Position numbers and translations under genes: made by a program
Shown here: one piece after another, positions 60,930-64,000 of the stretch
How the letters are laid out: each line of letters begins with the position of its first letter
Numbering within the stretch: position 1 is the stretch's first letter
Origin: Chiloscyllium plagiosum
Taxonomy: Eukaryota
Assembly (NCBI RefSeq): GCF_004010195.1
Contig: NC_057720.1
Span: forward strand, 18,862,538-18,926,537
Length of the DNA stretch: 64,000 nt
Direction of reading: 5' to 3'
Notes under the pieces: generated by a model
What the model saw: only the letters and a program-made list of their open reading frames with translations
Databases searched by the model: none
Told to the model about the DNA's origin: nothing

Positions 60930-61992
60930 TGTAGATAGGCTGACTAGAGGGGAGGCCATATTGAATTTGGTGCTTGGCAACGAACCAGGTCAGGTGTCAG
61001 ATCTCTCAGTGGGAAAGCATTTCAGTGATAGTGATCCCAACATCCTTTACTATAGTCATGTAGAGGGATAGGAGCAGATGATATGGCGAAGTATTTAATT
61101 GGGGGAGGGGGAATTACAATGCTATTAGGCAGGGACTGTGGAGCATAAATTGGGAGCAGGTATTCTCAGGGAAATGCACACGACAGAAATGTGGAGGTTG
61201 TTTAGGGAGCACTTGCCTCGAGTGCTGGACAGGTCTGTCCCACTGAAGCAAAGAAGAGATGGAAGGGTGAAGGAACCTTGGATGACAAGAGATATAGAAC
61301 ATCTAGTCAAGCGAAAGAAGGAAGCTTACTTAAGGTTGAGGAGGCAAGGATCAGACAAGGCTCCAAAGGGTTACAAGGCAACCAGAAAGGAGCTGAAGAA
61401 TGGACTTAGAAGAGCTGGAAGGGGGCATGAGAAAACCTTGGTGGGTAGGATTAAGGTAAACCCCAAGATGTTCTACACTTATGTGAGGAACAAGAAGATG
61501 GCCAGAGTAAGGATAAGGCTGATAGGGATAGTGAAGGGAACTTATGCTTGGAGTCGGAGGAGGTAGAGGAGGTCCTTAATGAATACTTTGCTTCAGTATT
61601 CACTAGTGAAAGGGACATTGTCGTTTGTGAGGACAGCATGAAACAGGCTGATATGCTCAAACAAGTTGATGTCCAGAAGGAGGATGTGCTGGAGATTTTG
61701 AAAAAGAGGATAGATAAGTCCCCTAGGCCAGATGGTATAAACCTAAGGTTACTATGGGAAACAAGAGAAGAGATTGCTGCATCTTTGGCAATGATCTTTG
61801 CATCCTCACTGTCTACTGCAGTCGTACCAGATGATTGGAGGGTGGTAAATGTCATTCCCTTATTCAAGAAAGGGAATAGGGACAACCCTTGGAATTACAG
61901 TCAGTCTTACATGTGTGGTGGGCAAGGTATTGGAGAGCATTCTGAGTGACACAATTTATGATTATTTGGAAAAGCATAGCTTGATTAGAGAT
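60930..61992 (+). mobile_element. CR1 ORF2 internal fragment
   Basis: KEPWMTRDI; EVLNEYFASVF; DKSPRPDGI; WRVVNVIPLFKKG. Confidence 0.85.
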
Positions 61993-61994
61993 AA

Positions 61995-63925
61995 AAGCTG
62001 AAAATGTGTTGCTGGAAAAGCGCAGCAGGTCAGGTAGCATCCAAGGAACAGGAGAATCGATGTTTCGGGCATGAGCCCTTCTTCAAGAATGAGGAGAGTG
62101 TGCCAAGCAAGCTAAGATAAAAGGTAGGCAGGAGGGACTTGGGGGAGGGGCGTTGGAAATGCGATAGATGGAAGGAGGTTAAGATGAGGGTGATAGGCCG
62201 GAGTGGGGGTGGGGGNNNNNNNNNNNNNNNNNNNNNNNNNNNNNNNNNNNNNNNNNNNNNNNNNNNNNNNNNNNNNNNNNNNNNNNNNNNNNNNNNNNNN
62301 NNNNNNNNNNNNNNNNNNNNNNNNNNNNNNNNNNNNNNNNNNNNNNNNNNNNNNNNNNNNNNNNNNNNNNNNNNNNNNNNNNNNNNNNNNNNNNNNNNNN
62401 NNNNNNNNNNNNNNNNNNNNNNNNNNNTCCGAGGAGCAGGAAAATCGACATTTTGGGCGAAAGCCCTTCATCAGGAATAGAGACAGGGTGCCTGCAGAGT
62501 GGAGAGATAAATGAGAGGGGGGTGGAGGTGGGGAGAAAGTAGCATAGAACACTTCAACCCCATGGCATCAAGGTGGATTTCACCATTTTCCTCATTTCCC
62601 CTTCCCCCACCTCACTCCAGCTCCAACCTTCTAGCTCAGCAATGCCCTCATGACCTGATCTACCTGCCTATCTTCCTTTCCACCGATCCACTCCACCCTC
62701 CTCTCTGATCTATCACCTCCATCCCCACCCCCAAACACTTATTGTACTCTATGCTACTTTCTCCCCACCCCACCCCCCTCTCATTTATCTCTACACCCTG
62801 CAGGCACCCTGCCTCTATTCCTGATGAAGGGCTTTTGCCCGAAACGTCGATTTTCCTGCTCCTCGGATGCTGCCTGACCTGCTGTGCTTTTCCAGCACAA
62901 CTCTAATCCAGACTTGGGTTTCCAGCATCTGCAGTCCTTATTTTTACCTAGATAATTAGAATGATCTCACATCACACAGTAAGACAAACTTTCCTAACAC
63001 TATATATTACAGAAACTCAAGTACAGAAAAATTATGGGGGTGAAAGTGAGGACTGCAGATGCTGGAGATCAGGGTCAAGATTAGAGTGGTGCTGGAAAAG
63101 CACAGCAGGTCAGGAAGCATCCGAGGAGCAGGGAAATCGACGTTTTGGGCAAAAGCCCTTCATCAGGAATGAGGCAGGGAGCCTCCGGGATGGAGAGATT
63201 AAATGGGAAGAGAGTGCCCCACTCTAATCTTGACTACAGAAAAATTATGCCCCTAGCTCAACTCTTTAGGATTCTACCTAACACACTCTTGACGGCGTCT
63301 TTGTCTTGAGATGTGAAGACAATTTCGTGAGTATTTTTTTCAAATCTGTCAACATGAACTTTTCATCAATCTGAAAACCTAAACTTCCTCAATTCTAACA
63401 ATTTGAGAATTTCTAACCACATTCTCCTGGTTTGGAAGTTACACAAACCTAATGTCTTTGCTGATATGATCTCTTCCCTGAATCCTTCCTCTAGGAGAGA
63501 AACTAGAGTGGCTTCTAAGCTCAACACTGGTTAGTTCTGATTGAATTACAACAAAAAAAGCTTGCTCATCCTGGATTCTTCTCAACTGAAAACAAACAAA
63601 TGACCTTACACATTAACTCTGGCAAAAGTGAGTACTGCAGACACTGGAGATCAGAGTCAAGATTAGAGTGGTGCTGGAAAAGCACTACAGGTCAGGCAGC
63701 ATCTGAGGAGCAGGAAAATCGAGGTTTCCCCCCAACTCCATCCACCTATTGCACTCCCAGCTACATTCCCCCCAGCCCCATTCCCCCTCCCATTTATCTC
63801 TCCACCCCTGAGGCTCCCAGCCTTATTCCTGATGAAGGGCTTTTACCCGAAACATCAATTTTCCTGCTCCTTGGATGCTGCCTGATCTGTGCTTTTCCAC
63901 CACTCTAGTCTTTACACGTTAACTC
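61995..63925. mobile_element. Cluster of Penelope pseudo-LTR insertions, several in inverted pairs
   Basis: For example 63037-63234 is flanked by a 15-bp TSD tacagaaaaattatg (63022-63036 / 63235-63249); intact hammerhead core at 62821-62848. Confidence 0.8.
62216..62427. other. Assembly gap (N run)
   Basis: Ns in sequence. Confidence 1.
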
Positions 63926-64000
63926 TACCTGTCATAAACATCTTTCTGTTAACACCACAGTGGTCCACAGTCACCTGCTTTTTGTCAAAAATTCTGGATT

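Overview
Repeat-rich vertebrate genomic DNA, almost certainly from a cartilaginous fish (shark), judged from HE1-like tRNA-SINEs, CR1 LINEs with (ATGACTCT)n tails, and Penelope, Rex1 and L1 remnants. There are three N-gaps. One host gene is present on the + strand: a retinol dehydrogenase 8-like (RDH8/HSD17B1-type) short-chain dehydrogenase, with five in-phase GT-AG coding exons at 43767-60028 (239 codons). Its last exon lies beyond the window. The main hidden element is a decayed, internally deleted endogenous retrovirus on the - strand (26373-33673), inserted in a CR1. It has paired LTRs, a tRNA-Arg primer-binding site, a leader ORF with a signal-peptide-like stretch ending on a perfect splice donor upstream of gag, a coiled-coil/CCHC Gag, a DTG protease, a spuma-like RT fragment and a PPT. 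This layout matches the unusual snakehead-retrovirus (SnRV) design. Other points of note: hammerhead-ribozyme cores in the Penelope pseudo-LTRs; a TSD-flanked, Penelope-bracketed 4.3 kb insertion in rdh8 intron 4; and a templated direct-plus-inverted duplication of the rdh8 proximal promoter. All alignments and translations were done by eye.
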